Source: an uncultured Planctomycetaceae bacterium (GTDB lineage: Bacteria; Planctomycetota; Planctomycetia; Planctomycetales; Planctomycetaceae). From it: a stretch of DNA of 64,000 bases. Of this stretch, positions 9,626 to 20,275 are shown one piece after another. Both the position numbers and the translations under genes were made by a program. Position 1 is the stretch's first letter. Each line of letters opens with the position of its first letter. Below the pieces are notes generated by a model. It was not told the DNA's origin and did not search any database. It saw only the letters and a program-made list of their open reading frames with translations. The stretch is taken from positions 544,001 to 608,000 of the forward strand of contig CAWFGE010000015.1 of the NCBI GenBank assembly GCA_963815195.1. Direction: 5' to 3'.

Positions 9626-9931
9626 TCATCGCGAAAAACTTGCGGAAATATCACGCCGTCCATGCAGGACGCGATAAACGACAATCCCGTCCGACAGGGG
9701 ACGATAGAAGATGACATAGTTTCCCGCGGGGAACTGCCGGAGGTCAGAAGGCAAATCCGGAGCCAAATCGGCACAAAGGCGACCAATCGTCGGATTGGCT
9801 TCCAAACGTAAGAATTTCTCTTCCAACACGTCCAGCAATTCAAAGGCTGCTTGGGAATTGTGGCAGGCGATATACTCGCCAATATCCAGCAAATCCTGTC
9901 TGGCCTGGGGTGTGCGGAGGATGTTGGGTAT
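9626..9931 (-). CDS. parE: RelE/ParE family toxin (expected start codon reads ATA)
   Basis: PQARQDLLDIGEYIA...LRQFPAGNYVIFYRP...RVLHGRRD. Confidence 0.85.
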   Translation of the reverse strand: MPNILRTPQARQDLLDIGEYIACHNSQAAFELLDVLEEKFLRLEANPTIGRLCADLAPDLPSDLRQFPAGNYVIFYRPLSDGIVVYRVLHGRRDISASFSR

Positions 9932-10185
9932 CAGGCATTTTGGGGATCGTGAAGTCGCTTGTGCAACTCATCCCTGATTGCCTGCATATCCAACGGCGCC
10001 GATTGGCCCGCTTCGTGAGCCTGATGCGCTTCGCGCAGCTTCGCATGGAAGCTGTCCCTCGTCGGTTGGCAATCCATAAAGAACTCCAACGCCTGTTCGA
10101 CGGCCTCATCCGCAGATTCAAATCGCCCTTCAGCGAGCAACTGCTCCACAAATTGTCGGGCTTGTTCGGTGAGTTCGACTTGCAT
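9931..10185 (-). CDS. parD: ParD-like antitoxin
   Basis: MQVELT...AEGRFESADEAVEQAL; stop overlaps the parE start position. Confidence 0.8.
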   Translation of the reverse strand: MQVELTEQARQFVEQLLAEGRFESADEAVEQALEFFMDCQPTRDSFHAKLREAHQAHEAGQSAPLDMQAIRDELHKRLHDPQNA

Positions 10186-10340
10186 TCGATCGTTCCCAAT
10201 CAAGGATTCTCTGCGGTCTATGTTAATCTTAACAGGGATGGCGAGAGTTTGTATAGAATGAAAACAGAGGTTTGGATGATTACCGAACCCGAGCGGGGCT
10301 TTGGTCAAGAGCCGTAGGATACGAGAATTCGAAGTCAGTT

Positions 10341-10742
10341 CTACTCGAACAGTTTTTCGTACAATTCCTGCTGTTCCTTTTCGGCTTTCTGCTTGGCTTC
10401 GCTTTCTTTCTGGAGCTTTTCCTCTTTTGCCTTTTGGCGTTCTTCTTGGGCTTTGAGGCATTTCTGAGAATAAGCCTCGCGTTGTTTGAGGATTTCCGTT
10501 GAGGCCTGTTTTGCGGCGGCCCGTCCTTTTCGGTTCCTCTCGCGCATCAAGAACCGCTGATCCTCAATCGAGAGCAGACGCCTGGGAAAAGAAACGCGGC
10601 CATTGTCGTCCGACAACACGACGTTTTCGTCGCCGATGGAGACGATTTGAGCCTCGAATTTGTAGCCCGACCGGGTCGTAAATTCCCGGGCGTGGGCGGT
10701 GGAAACACAAGCGAGCAGAATCAGGGCGGCACATCGAAGCAT
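10341..10742 (-). CDS. Secreted SHD1-like domain protein with coiled-coil tail
   Basis: Signal peptide (AHA), REFTTRSG...FEAQ...LSIEDQRFL. Confidence 0.65.
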   Translation of the reverse strand: MLRCAALILLACVSTAHAREFTTRSGYKFEAQIVSIGDENVVLSDDNGRVSFPRRLLSIEDQRFLMRERNRKGRAAAKQASTEILKQREAYSQKCLKAQEERQKAKEEKLQKESEAKQKAEKEQQELYEKLFE

Positions 10743-10842
10743 TGGCGCTGTCTCCAACAAAAGAAGGTGAGTCCGCAAAGAAAATCTAACCCGTGTAACT
10801 CGAAAGTCAAAAAATCTCCGCCACGACTCGAAGAGAAGCAGG

Positions 10843-13488
10843 CTATACAGACGAGGCTTCCCCGTATTGGGCTTTTAGGGATTCCCATTCTTCGAGGGTG
10901 TAGAGCACCTGGCGGGCTTTGGAGCCGTTGTAGTCCCCGACGATGCCGTCCTCGGCCATGTAGTCGATCAAGCGGGCCGCCCGGCCGTAGCCGATGCCCA
11001 AAAACCGCTGCAATCGCGAGACGCTGCCGAGTTGCTCGCGGATCACAATGTCCACGGCTTCATCGTAGAGTTCATCCCGCTCTTCATCGTCCGCCGAACG
11101 TCCTTCGCCCGGGGCAGGGCGGGGGGCATTGAGCCGGGTGAGTTCCGTGCTGTAGCGGGGCTCGTAAATCGAGTAAAAATCGATCACCGAATTGACTTCC
11201 TCATCGCTCACGAATGCGCCCTGCGCGCGGATGACGTTGCTCGTGCCGGGGGCGAGGTACAGCATGTCCCCGTTGCCCAAGAGCCGCTCGGCGCCCATTT
11301 CATCCAGCACGACCCGGCTGTCGGTGCGGCTCGCGACTTGGAACGACATCCGCGCGGGCAGGTTCGATTTGATGAGGCCCGTGATCACATCCACCGTCGG
11401 CTTTTGCGTGGCGAGGACCAGATGAATCCCGACCGCCCGCGACTTCTGCGCCAGCCGGACGATGTGGCCTTCCACGTCCTTGCCGCAGGTCATCATCATG
11501 TCGGCCATTTCGTCGGCGATGATCACAATGTAAGGCATGCGTTCGGGAATGGCTTCGATCTCCAGCATGTCTTCCGGGTCTTCGGGATCGAGCTCCAGGC
11601 GTTCGAGGATTTGGTCGTAGCTGAGCTTGTTGTAGCTGTCGAGATGCCGAACCCCGCAGCGGGCCAAGAGGTCGTAACGCTCTTCCATCTTATCGACGGC
11701 CCAACTCAGCACGGCCTCGGCTTTTTTCATGTCGGTGATCACGGGGTGCATCAAATGCGGGACCCGTCGATAGGGGCTGAGCTCGACCATCTTGGGATCG
11801 ATCATCAGCATCTTGACTTCGTCGGGGCTGCGGGTCATCAGGATCGAAAGGATCAACGCATTCAAACACACGCTTTTCCCCGTGCCCGTGCGGCCGGCGA
11901 TCAAGAGGTGCGGCATCTTGGCGAGATCGACCGTTAACGGATGCCCGCTCACGTCTTTGCCGACAAAGACGGGAATGCGTTTCCCGGAGCGTTCCTTGGC
12001 GGACGATTCAATCAACTCCCGCAAGCGCACCATCGTGCGTTGTTCGTTGGGGACTTCGATGCCCACGGTGTTTTTGCCAGGAATCGGAGCCACCACGCGA
12101 ACGGAAGGCACGCGGAGGGCAATCGCCAGATCATCCGCGAGCGCGGTGATTTTGTTAAGCCGAAGCCCGGCTTCCAGGCCCAACTCGAACTGCGTGACGA
12201 CCGGGCCGGTGTCCACTTCGACGACCTGCACGTTGAAGCCGAATTCTTTGAACGCTTTTTCGAGCGTCTGGGCGTCGGCCTGGGCTTTCTTCGCGAGCAG
12301 TTCGTACGGAAACTCCTCGGCCGGTTCCAGAATGTCGATCGGCGGCAGCATCACATCCGATTCGCGACGTTCCTCCATGTCGATTTCCTCATCATCGGAG
12401 AATTGATCTTCCGTATCCCGGACCGAGAGTGGCGGATTGACTTTGATCGGCCGTCCGGTTTCCCAAGCCGACGATTTATCGTCGGAAACCGACGGCGGAG
12501 CCGGCGGCTTGGGCTGTTCGCGTTCGGCATCGAGCTTGGCCTGCAAAATCCGCGGCAAAGGGGTGGTCCGTTTTGTATTTGGCGAGCGGGGGGCGTCAGC
12601 CCCCTGGTCACTCACAACGGATAAATCATTTTCATTATCGCGGAATGCTTTCGAAGCAGACCGCCGTTGCGATTTGGACATTTTTTTGCGCTCCCCACGG
12701 GACGAGGAAGAAGACATCCCCAATTCCTCGGAGGCACTCAACCGCGGCGGCGCGTTAATGGGAAAAGAGATGGGAACAATGTTCTCATCTCGGTCGTCAT
12801 CATGTTCTTCCTTCTCCAAGCCAGCGTCTTGATCGTCAACATCGGCAAGTACGTCGGACGGATCGGAGGTTTTATCCGGCGGGGCAGGGGGGTGTTTTCT
12901 CCAGCGCGGGCGGGCGGAAAACACCCGCTTCATAAACCGCCAAGGCGATGTCGCGAAATGCACGATCGCCCCGATCAAGGAACCCAAAACGCCGACATCG
13001 CCGGAGAGCACCATCCCCGCCGCGAACGCGGAGGCCAACAGAATCAAAGTCCCCGCGGCGGCGAACTGGTGCGCCAACAGAATCCGGCCCCACACGCCGA
13101 CGTAGCCGCCGCTGCCCACGACCGGACCGTGGCCGAAATTCGGCAGGAGCACATCGAGGCCCACGCACACGGCCATCAAGGCGACGGCCAAACCGAGCGT
13201 GCGGGTGACGAAACCGTTCACGCCGATCCGCGAAAACAACCGCCCGTCCGAGGAGATCATGCAGACGATGACAAAGTAGGCCCCGTATCCCAAGTTGGCA
13301 AACAGGTGGTGGGCCAGCTTCGCTCCCGCGCTGCCGCAGAGGTTGGCGGTTTCTTTCGCCACGGGGAACACGGCGGTTCCCGGCGGGTCGGCGGGGTTGT
13401 AGCTGAAGAGAGCCAGGCCGACGAATAGGGTCCCGGCAAACAAGGCGAGCGCGAGCAAATCATCGCGGATGCGGCGGAGGTCGATCAT
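10843..13488 (-). CDS. ftsK: DNA translocase FtsK
   Basis: N-terminal TM segments, MPHLLIAGRTGTGKS, IDPKMVEL, LATQKP, gamma domain IGYGRAARLID. Confidence 0.97.
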   Translation of the reverse strand: MIDLRRIRDDLLALALFAGTLFVGLALFSYNPADPPGTAVFPVAKETANLCGSAGAKLAHHLFANLGYGAYFVIVCMISSDGRLFSRIGVNGFVTRTLGLAVALMAVCVGLDVLLPNFGHGPVVGSGGYVGVWGRILLAHQFAAAGTLILLASAFAAGMVLSGDVGVLGSLIGAIVHFATSPWRFMKRVFSARPRWRKHPPAPPDKTSDPSDVLADVDDQDAGLEKEEHDDDRDENIVPISFPINAPPRLSASEELGMSSSSSRGERKKMSKSQRRSASKAFRDNENDLSVVSDQGADAPRSPNTKRTTPLPRILQAKLDAEREQPKPPAPPSVSDDKSSAWETGRPIKVNPPLSVRDTEDQFSDDEEIDMEERRESDVMLPPIDILEPAEEFPYELLAKKAQADAQTLEKAFKEFGFNVQVVEVDTGPVVTQFELGLEAGLRLNKITALADDLAIALRVPSVRVVAPIPGKNTVGIEVPNEQRTMVRLRELIESSAKERSGKRIPVFVGKDVSGHPLTVDLAKMPHLLIAGRTGTGKSVCLNALILSILMTRSPDEVKMLMIDPKMVELSPYRRVPHLMHPVITDMKKAEAVLSWAVDKMEERYDLLARCGVRHLDSYNKLSYDQILERLELDPEDPEDMLEIEAIPERMPYIVIIADEMADMMMTCGKDVEGHIVRLAQKSRAVGIHLVLATQKPTVDVITGLIKSNLPARMSFQVASRTDSRVVLDEMGAERLLGNGDMLYLAPGTSNVIRAQGAFVSDEEVNSVIDFYSIYEPRYSTELTRLNAPRPAPGEGRSADDEERDELYDEAVDIVIREQLGSVSRLQRFLGIGYGRAARLIDYMAEDGIVGDYNGSKARQVLYTLEEWESLKAQYGEASSV

Positions 13489-13874
13489 AACAATTCGGGT
13501 GGGGCTTAAAGGAAAAAGGAAGCCCACGGGCGCGAACCGTCAGCGCGGACAGACCACCGCCAGGTTCTCCGTAAACACGGACCCGATGCGGCCCACTGCC
13601 CCACGCCAGCGCGGCTCCCATGCGCCGGTGGGTTGCCTCGTGCAACAACTCGTTCAAGATTTCTCCGTTCAAAAATCCCTCCGGGGATAAAACAGAAACT
13701 CCGTCACTCCAAGCCTACCACGCCGACGGGGAGGCGCCGGAATTCCGCGTTGCAATTTCGCCTTGAGTCCGCATTCGCGGCACCTGAGTTCCGATCCGCG
13801 AAACTGGGAAAACCCGCCGGGGCCGGGTCGTAGCGAACATAACGATCGAATCGAAGAATTGTTTTTGTCTTCTC

Positions 13875-13946
13875 GAGCCGCGCACGAAGTAAGCGGTTTT
13901 TTGAATATTTCAGAAATTCCCAGACCGCTTACTTCGTGCGCGGCTC
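13875..13946. repeat. Palindromic element, copy 1 (GAGCCGCGCACGAAGTAAGCGGT arms)
   Basis: 23 bp perfect inverted arms; near-identical inverted copy at 53771-53840. Confidence 0.9.
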
Positions 13947-14039
13947 AGTCGTTTTTTGGAACTACTGAAATTTCCAGTTGCCTCGCTTTCGTTTCGGCGA
14001 CATCCCGGATTCTCCCCAGAACTCTCCAGGGCCAAAACC

Positions 14040-14490
14040 ATGTTCGTTCCCCTTTACGATGATGTCGAAAAGCGCCGGCCGCCGATTGTCACCGTGCTGT
14101 TGATCACCGCGAATCTCTTCGTGTTCATTTACCAGTTCCGGCTGAGTCTCGAGGACCCCACCTGGCGGAGCTATTTCAAGTTCACCGAGACGTGGGGCGC
14201 CAAGCGGACGCACCTGGCGGGCGGGAACTATCTCACGCTTTACACGGCCATGTTCCTGCACGGCGATTTCATGCACTTCATTGGGAACATGGTCGTGCTG
14301 TGGGCGTTTTCGTGGACGCTCGAAGAGTTTCTGGGATCCGTGCGGGTCATCGACCCCGAACCCCGCGACATCAGCGTGTGCCGATTCGGACAAGAGCCTC
14401 TACTATTGTCCGGGGACGGCAGCTTAACCGCCGAGGACGTTCTGCCCGGTTTCGCCTGTCCCGTCAAACAGATCTTCGAGATGCCAGGGC
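14040..14490 (+). pseudogene. Chimera: N-terminal half of a rhomboid protease fused to a Uma2 (DUF820) C-terminal tail
   Basis: TAMFLHGDFMHFIGNM...LEEFLGS followed directly by VIDPEPR...EDVLPGFACPVKQIF; catalytic GxSG absent. Confidence 0.75.
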
Positions 14491-14555
14491 AGGGGACGAC
14501 ATCGGCTGCAAGGAACGCTGCAAGGAACCAAAGGGTGCAAGCTGCGAAGAGGCGG

Positions 14556-15143
14556 TTATTCCTCTTCGTCGTCCCAATCCATGTCGTCTTCCCCCCAATC
14601 TTCGTCTTCGTCCATGGGGGCAAGAACATCCTCGACAACGCCTTCCACAATGGCTTCGTGGGTCAGGGCGAGCTTCTCGGGCTCGGCGGAAAAAAAACTC
14701 GCCATCCGGATCGCCCATCCGATCTTGTCGTGGTCGAACGGATCCTCGATATCAAAAGAATCCTCCCAGTCGGCGTAGCGGCCCAGATCCAGTTGGGCTT
14801 CCTCCGCGATCTCTCGGAACAGGGCTTCCACCCAATCGTCGTCCCAATCGGCCGCTTCCGCCGGGAGAAGATACAGTTCGTTGTGGCGAAACATGTCGCG
14901 CGTCAGAAGAAACACCGAATCCTTGACATGGTTGGGATCGAGCCCGGCCAGTTGCTCGTCCGTCATCCGAGCGTCGGCCAATTGGGGCAGCCATTGCATC
15001 GGCATCTTCTCGATGTAGTAATCCACCGCCTCGCGGTTAATCTTGTTCCACGGTTCGCGTTCGAGAACCGAATGAACGGCAGCAATCACCGACAGCGCGG
15101 GGACGCCAAACTTCTCTTCGCCAAGCTCCGATCGATCAGTCAT
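14556..15143 (-). CDS. Hypothetical acidic protein
   Basis: 195 aa ORF, D/E-rich, co-oriented with neighbours. Confidence 0.7.
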   Translation of the reverse strand: MTDRSELGEEKFGVPALSVIAAVHSVLEREPWNKINREAVDYYIEKMPMQWLPQLADARMTDEQLAGLDPNHVKDSVFLLTRDMFRHNELYLLPAEAADWDDDWVEALFREIAEEAQLDLGRYADWEDSFDIEDPFDHDKIGWAIRMASFFSAEPEKLALTHEAIVEGVVEDVLAPMDEDEDWGEDDMDWDDEEE

Positions 15144-15188
15144 CGTGTGACTCCTGCCGTCAAAATGGAGGGAGATTCCCGAACCGCA

Positions 15189-16010
15189 TCATACCAAAGA
15201 TTCCGCCGGACGCATCTCAGGCGACATCCTCGGGAGCCGCAGAGTCTTCCGCAAGATCCAGCGCTGCGCACACACCTTAAACGTCCGGTTTTTGATCCGC
15301 TTCTGCAGAAAGAACAGAAACGGCAACTGCCGGGTCAGTTCCAAAAGCAGCGAGACGCGGGCGATGGCGACGCTCAGCAGAATCTCGTCGCCAACGCGAA
15401 ACGTGATTTCCGCCCCCACGTAATTCATGAATTGAAATCTGCAAAAATCCGTGACATCTTCCGCGCGGATCAGATAGCGGGCGGCGACGCCTTCGATCAA
15501 CAGCCGCCGGTTCTCATAATCCGCGAGAATCAGCACATAGTCGTCGCCGTCGATGGAGATCTTCATCTTCGAGCGGTCCGCGTCGGAAAGCTCCGCGCAC
15601 AACAATTTGCCGGGATAGAGCGCAAGCTCGGCTCCGCGAGAACCGAGCAGACGTTTCATCACGAAGCGGTCCATCGTCACCGGCAGAAAGAAACAGCTCA
15701 GACCGCACAGCGAGAGGCCGGCGCCCAGAACTGTCAGGATCGCCTCGTTGCCGTTGCCGTTGCCGCGCACGTTGGCGTCTTCCGCCATCGACACCACGAC
15801 GGCTCCGCCGAACATGAGGGCAAAGCCCAACACGAGGGCGATGATCATAATTCGACCGGGCGTCCAGCCCACGATCGGTTTGTTCGCCACGGGCACGCAC
15901 AGCGAACTCGGGCAGCAAAAAATGTCGCCGGCTTTCGCGTTCCGGACAACTTTCATCGATTGCCGAATCGCGGCGTAGCGAAAATCGGCGTCCCAACTCT
16001 TCGCGGCCAT
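15189..16010 (-). CDS. Hypothetical membrane protein
   Basis: Two clear TM helices; operon-like spacing. Confidence 0.65.
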   Translation of the reverse strand: MAAKSWDADFRYAAIRQSMKVVRNAKAGDIFCCPSSLCVPVANKPIVGWTPGRIMIIALVLGFALMFGGAVVVSMAEDANVRGNGNGNEAILTVLGAGLSLCGLSCFFLPVTMDRFVMKRLLGSRGAELALYPGKLLCAELSDADRSKMKISIDGDDYVLILADYENRRLLIEGVAARYLIRAEDVTDFCRFQFMNYVGAEITFRVGDEILLSVAIARVSLLLELTRQLPFLFFLQKRIKNRTFKVCAQRWILRKTLRLPRMSPEMRPAESLV

Positions 16011-16023
16011 TTTGAGTTTTCGC

Positions 16024-16656
16024 CTAATCTGCCATAACACGTTGAAGCTTGCCGGGGCCTGTGTAGGCGTCCTTGGTTTTGGTGTGCCGGACGAAGAATT
16101 CCTGCAACTCCGGCGTCGGTGCCGTGAGGATGATGCGGTCATCGACAACTTGATGGGCGATTGCATCGGGGGATTTTTCCAGGTGCTTCTTCAACCAGGC
16201 GGGATCCAGACTCCGCACCCGAATTTGCGGCTCCGTCGACTCGACCCAAAAGAACGCATGCGCCCGGAGGAGAAGTCCCAACTGACGCGCATTTTCCTTT
16301 TTGAGCGCAGGGTCGGCGGGCTGAATATCCAAGAAGAGCGTATCCTGAATTCTCGCAAGGTGGGCACGGAATTCCCCTTGCGCCTCGTCTTTGCTGATCA
16401 CCAGGCGATACGAAAACCTGTCCGCTTTCTCGTCATCGCCGGCAGATTTTCCTTTCGATTTCTCGATGGCCTTGGAGAACCTCCATCTTGTCTTGGACGC
16501 CTTGTTGGAATCGGGTTTGTCTTCCTGCCATTCTCCAAGGAGCTTGTCCTCGAAGATGACGTCGTCCGAGGTATAAATCGGATGCAGACTCGGCACGACG
16601 CATCCCGAACTTAATGCCGTCATTCCAACAGCAAGCAGACTGAATCGCAGGCCCAT
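16024..16656 (-). CDS. Putative lipoprotein
   Basis: Lipobox LSSGC followed by VVPSLHPIYT...LLGEW. Confidence 0.75.
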   Translation of the reverse strand: MGLRFSLLAVGMTALSSGCVVPSLHPIYTSDDVIFEDKLLGEWQEDKPDSNKASKTRWRFSKAIEKSKGKSAGDDEKADRFSYRLVISKDEAQGEFRAHLARIQDTLFLDIQPADPALKKENARQLGLLLRAHAFFWVESTEPQIRVRSLDPAWLKKHLEKSPDAIAHQVVDDRIILTAPTPELQEFFVRHTKTKDAYTGPGKLQRVMAD

Positions 16657-16747
16657 GATACTGCTCCCTTTTGGGTTCGTTCTCAAACGTTTTCCACCTT
16701 CAAATTACAGCGAACCAATAAGCAGGGCAACGAGATTTTTGAGATCT

Positions 16748-17368
16748 CTATGGGATTCGCGATGCCAACCATGCAACCAGCTTCTCCGCCACCGCGGTTT
16801 TGGTGCCGGACCACATTTGGATAACCTCGCCGGAGCCATCGATCAACTCGACGCTGTTGGTTTCCGCACCGATGGCGGCGGGGGCGTTTAAGACGATCCA
16901 ATCGCAGTTTTTGGCCCGCAGTTTTTGGAGGGCGTTTTCTCTGGGATTATGGGCTTCCAAAGCGAAGCCGACGACCCAGTGGCCGTCTTTCATCCGGCCG
17001 AGTTCCGCGAGCACATCGTCGGTTTCGATCATCTCGATCGAGACCGGTTCACCGGTTTTGGCGATCTTCCCGCGGATTCGCTCCTTCGGCTTGTAGTCGC
17101 AGACCGCGGCGGCGGCGATTACGCCGTCGCAATGCGGAAACGCCGCGACGCACGCGTCCCGCATCTGGGCTGTCGTCTCCACCGCGTGCACTTCGCAGCC
17201 CACGGGCGGATGCAAATCCACCGGCCCGGTCACCAGCACGACTTCATGCCCCGCCTTCAATGCCGCCTCCGCGAGGGCATACCCCATCCGCCCGCTGCTG
17301 GCGTTTGAGAGATACCGCACATCGTCCAAGTATTCCCGCGTCGGGCCGGCCGTGATGAGGATTCTCAT
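16748..17368 (-). CDS. coaB: Phosphopantothenate--cysteine ligase (stand-alone CoaB domain)
   Basis: LITAGPTREYLDDVRYLSNASSGRMG, AAAVCDY, VGFALE. Confidence 0.92.
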   Translation of the reverse strand: MRILITAGPTREYLDDVRYLSNASSGRMGYALAEAALKAGHEVVLVTGPVDLHPPVGCEVHAVETTAQMRDACVAAFPHCDGVIAAAAVCDYKPKERIRGKIAKTGEPVSIEMIETDDVLAELGRMKDGHWVVGFALEAHNPRENALQKLRAKNCDWIVLNAPAAIGAETNSVELIDGSGEVIQMWSGTKTAVAEKLVAWLASRIP

Positions 17369-17548
17369 GTTCGCATTTTCTTTATTTACCCAAGCCGACG
17401 CCTTGGCGTCGGAACCGACAACGGAGTTGTCGGCTTGGGAGGCTTCGATAGGAAAACCGGAACTCCGCAATAATAAACCCCGGTCCGCGGGAATGACAGC
17501 ATCCACGCGGCCGGGGTGTTTCTCATCTCAACTCGGAACGATCGCTCA

Positions 17549-19833
17549 TTAGCGCTCGAAGCGATACCACTTGCCTTTGATCTTGACGACCACATTGCCG
17601 AGCGCCAAGTACTTGACGATACGGGTGTCGGATTTGATAAGGCTCAGGTATTCCGGGCTGCCGACTTTGACGGTCTTTTCGGGCTTGTCTTTCTCGGCGT
17701 TGTATTCGCTGTCGTACCACACACCGGCCGATTCGTAGAACGTCCGGCGCCGATGTAGCGGAGGGCGTTCATGGAACTCTTGCGATCGCGTTCGCCCGAC
17801 TTTTTGAGCTCCTCATCGGCGAGTTCATAGAGGGCATCGGCGGCCCCGCTTTCGCGTTTGGCCCGGCGGCCTTCGCTCAGGGATTTGGCGGCCCGCACCT
17901 GGGCTTCCCGCGCAGATTTTTCTGCAACCGGACCGGGCGCGGCCCCGCCCACGCCGAATTTGCCGCCGGGCGCCGAGCCGTCGGCGGCCGGCTTGCCGTT
18001 GGCGAAACCGCCTCCGCCGCCGAAGCCCAGTTGCAGCCCGCGGTTAAAACTCTGGGCGAGTTCGGCTTGATCTTTGCCGGCCACATCGTCGGTCATCAGG
18101 TAAGCGGTGTAGGGCGTGACGATCCCGTAGCGCTTGGCGAGATAGGTGACTTCATCGATAAGTTCCTTGGGCGGTTTTTCCGTCTTGCGGATTTCGCTCA
18201 ACAAATAATCCACCTTCTTCCCGGCCCAAAGTCGGGGCACGAACGAACCCTTGTCGTCTTCGGTCATCTCCGGGAAGTCGAGTTCGTAGGTAAAGGTCTT
18301 CTGCTCGCCGCCGACGTTCCCGGTGACGCTCACCGTCTTGGTGCCGTGCCCGGTGTAGCGGCCGTAAAGAATGACCTGCTCGCCGCGGAAGATGTCGTCG
18401 ATTTGCCGGGGGTAAACGTCCTTGACTTCGAGACCCGCGAACTCCACTTTGACGCCCGTCATAATCGGGGAGCCCACGCGGTCGAAGAACCCGCTGATTT
18501 TTTTGCTGATGTCTTCGTCCGGCAGGATGTAATCCGCTTCGCCGTGATGATTGAGGGCGAGGAAATCGAGCAGCTTGGCGTTCACGTCGAAGCCTTCGCC
18601 GAACACGAACATCCGCACGTTTTCGGTGTTCTTTTTGGCCATATTGCGGAGGATGGCTTCGGGGTCGCGTTCGCCGATGGTGGGAAGGCCGTCGGTGGCG
18701 AAGAGCATCATCTGCAAGCGGTCGCTTTTGCCCAAGAGATCCAGCGAAAGATCGAGGGCTTCTTGAATTGCCGTGCCTCCGCGGGGAGCCAGGCGGTCGG
18801 CATATTTGAGGGCCTTGGCCTTGGTCTGGTCGTTAAACTCCACGAGGCCTTTTTCCTCGAAGCTGCGGGCGGTGGTGCTGAAATCGACGATGTTAAACCG
18901 GTCGCCGGCCCGCAAATGCTCGATGCAATACTTGAGTGATGTTTTGGCCTGCTCGATCTTGTTGCCTTCGAGCATCGAGCCGGACGTGTCCACGCAGAAC
19001 ACCACATCTTTGGGGAGAATGTCGGACTCCTGAATCTGCCCGGCTCCGTTGCCCACCGTGGGGGAGAGCATCAGCATGAAGCTGCCTTCTTCGTCGAACT
19101 CGCGGTAGGTCACCAGGCTCGCCCCGACTTTTTGATTGTCGGTCGCATAGTACAAAACGAACGGATGCCGGGGCAGGTAGTCTTCCTTCGACCACTTGGC
19201 AACGACGTCCCAATCCTTGTCTTCTTCGATTTCGATTTTGTGCGTGGGAGAGTAGATGTTTTTGAGAGGCTCGGTGCTTTTGATTTTGACGGTGACCGAG
19301 GCGCTTTTCAGCGGTTGCATCGAGGCTTTGGGGTTGGTGTTGAGCATTTGCATCCGCACGACGTTGCCCCGCTTCTTGAGGACCGTGGTATAGGTGAGCT
19401 TCACCGTCACGGTTCCATTGGGGGCGATGCGGGGGACTTTGGTCGTGATGAGCTGGTTGCCATAGTATTCCAAAAGGGCGGGGCTGCCGCCGTTTTTGAC
19501 GATGTCGGTAAACACCTCGTTGGCTTTATCGACGTCCAGAATCTCGGCTTTCATTTCCTTGCCATCCACGGTGACGGACATGTCGTCGACCTGGGCGCCG
19601 GGCTCGAGTTCCATGTAGCACTCGCCGCCGACGACCGCCTGCGGGTTCGGGTTTTTGAAGGTGCAGTTGTAGGTTTTGTGGGCCACCTGATCCCGGATCT
19701 CCACGTCGATGTGATCCAGCCAGACCTGCACGGGTTGCGGCGACCGCATGAAACACCCGTATCCCATCGAACTCGCCATCCCCACCGCAATAACTGCCGT
19801 GAAGGCCATCAGACTGACTCGCAATTTGTTCAT
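17549..19833 (-). CDS. Secreted VIT + vWA domain protein, frameshift near 17745
   Basis: VIT-like N-terminus, MIDAS DTSGSM, TDGLPT, YGIVTPYTAYL; tail RTFYESAGVWYD in another frame. Confidence 0.88.
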
Positions 19834-20275
19834 TTGTGCGTTCCTTTTCCTTACCAAAACCCGTGGAAAACTGAGACACCAAAGGATGGAAGGACTCCGG
19901 TGTAGGGATTGGACGAATCCCAGAGCGGGAAGTTCCGCGAATTCCGAAAATCGATCCGCTCTTTCCGTTTTCATGGAAATTTGTTATTCAGAATTGAATA
20001 GGACCCAAGGAAACAGGGATTCGGTGCGACCGCGAAGCGGTGACATACCAATGGGATCAGCGTCACCCAGAGTCGCAAAACGCACTGGGTGACGCTGATC
20101 CCCGAATCTTTGTGTAACGCCTCCGGCGTAAATGCAAACAGGTATATGGCCATTCCCATTCAGAATTTGCTTCGTGTCTCCGCGGTGAATCAAATCCGAG
20201 TCCAAGATTATCGCCCCAGTCGCGAATAGCAAATGAGTGAAGAACTCAGTCTTCGCAAATAAGGCGGCATGTTTT

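Noticed and set aside
13490..13870. Long GC-rich intergenic region as a possible ncRNA or leader
   Set aside because: No RNA family recognisable by eye; an Rfam/Infernal search would be needed.
14490..16037. Remainder of the 693 aa plus-strand ORF
   Set aside because: Antisense shadow of real minus-strand genes.
20057..20098. Strong hairpin tcagcgtcacccag...ctgggtgacgctga
   Set aside because: Single occurrence between divergent genes, no U tract; cannot assign a function or family.
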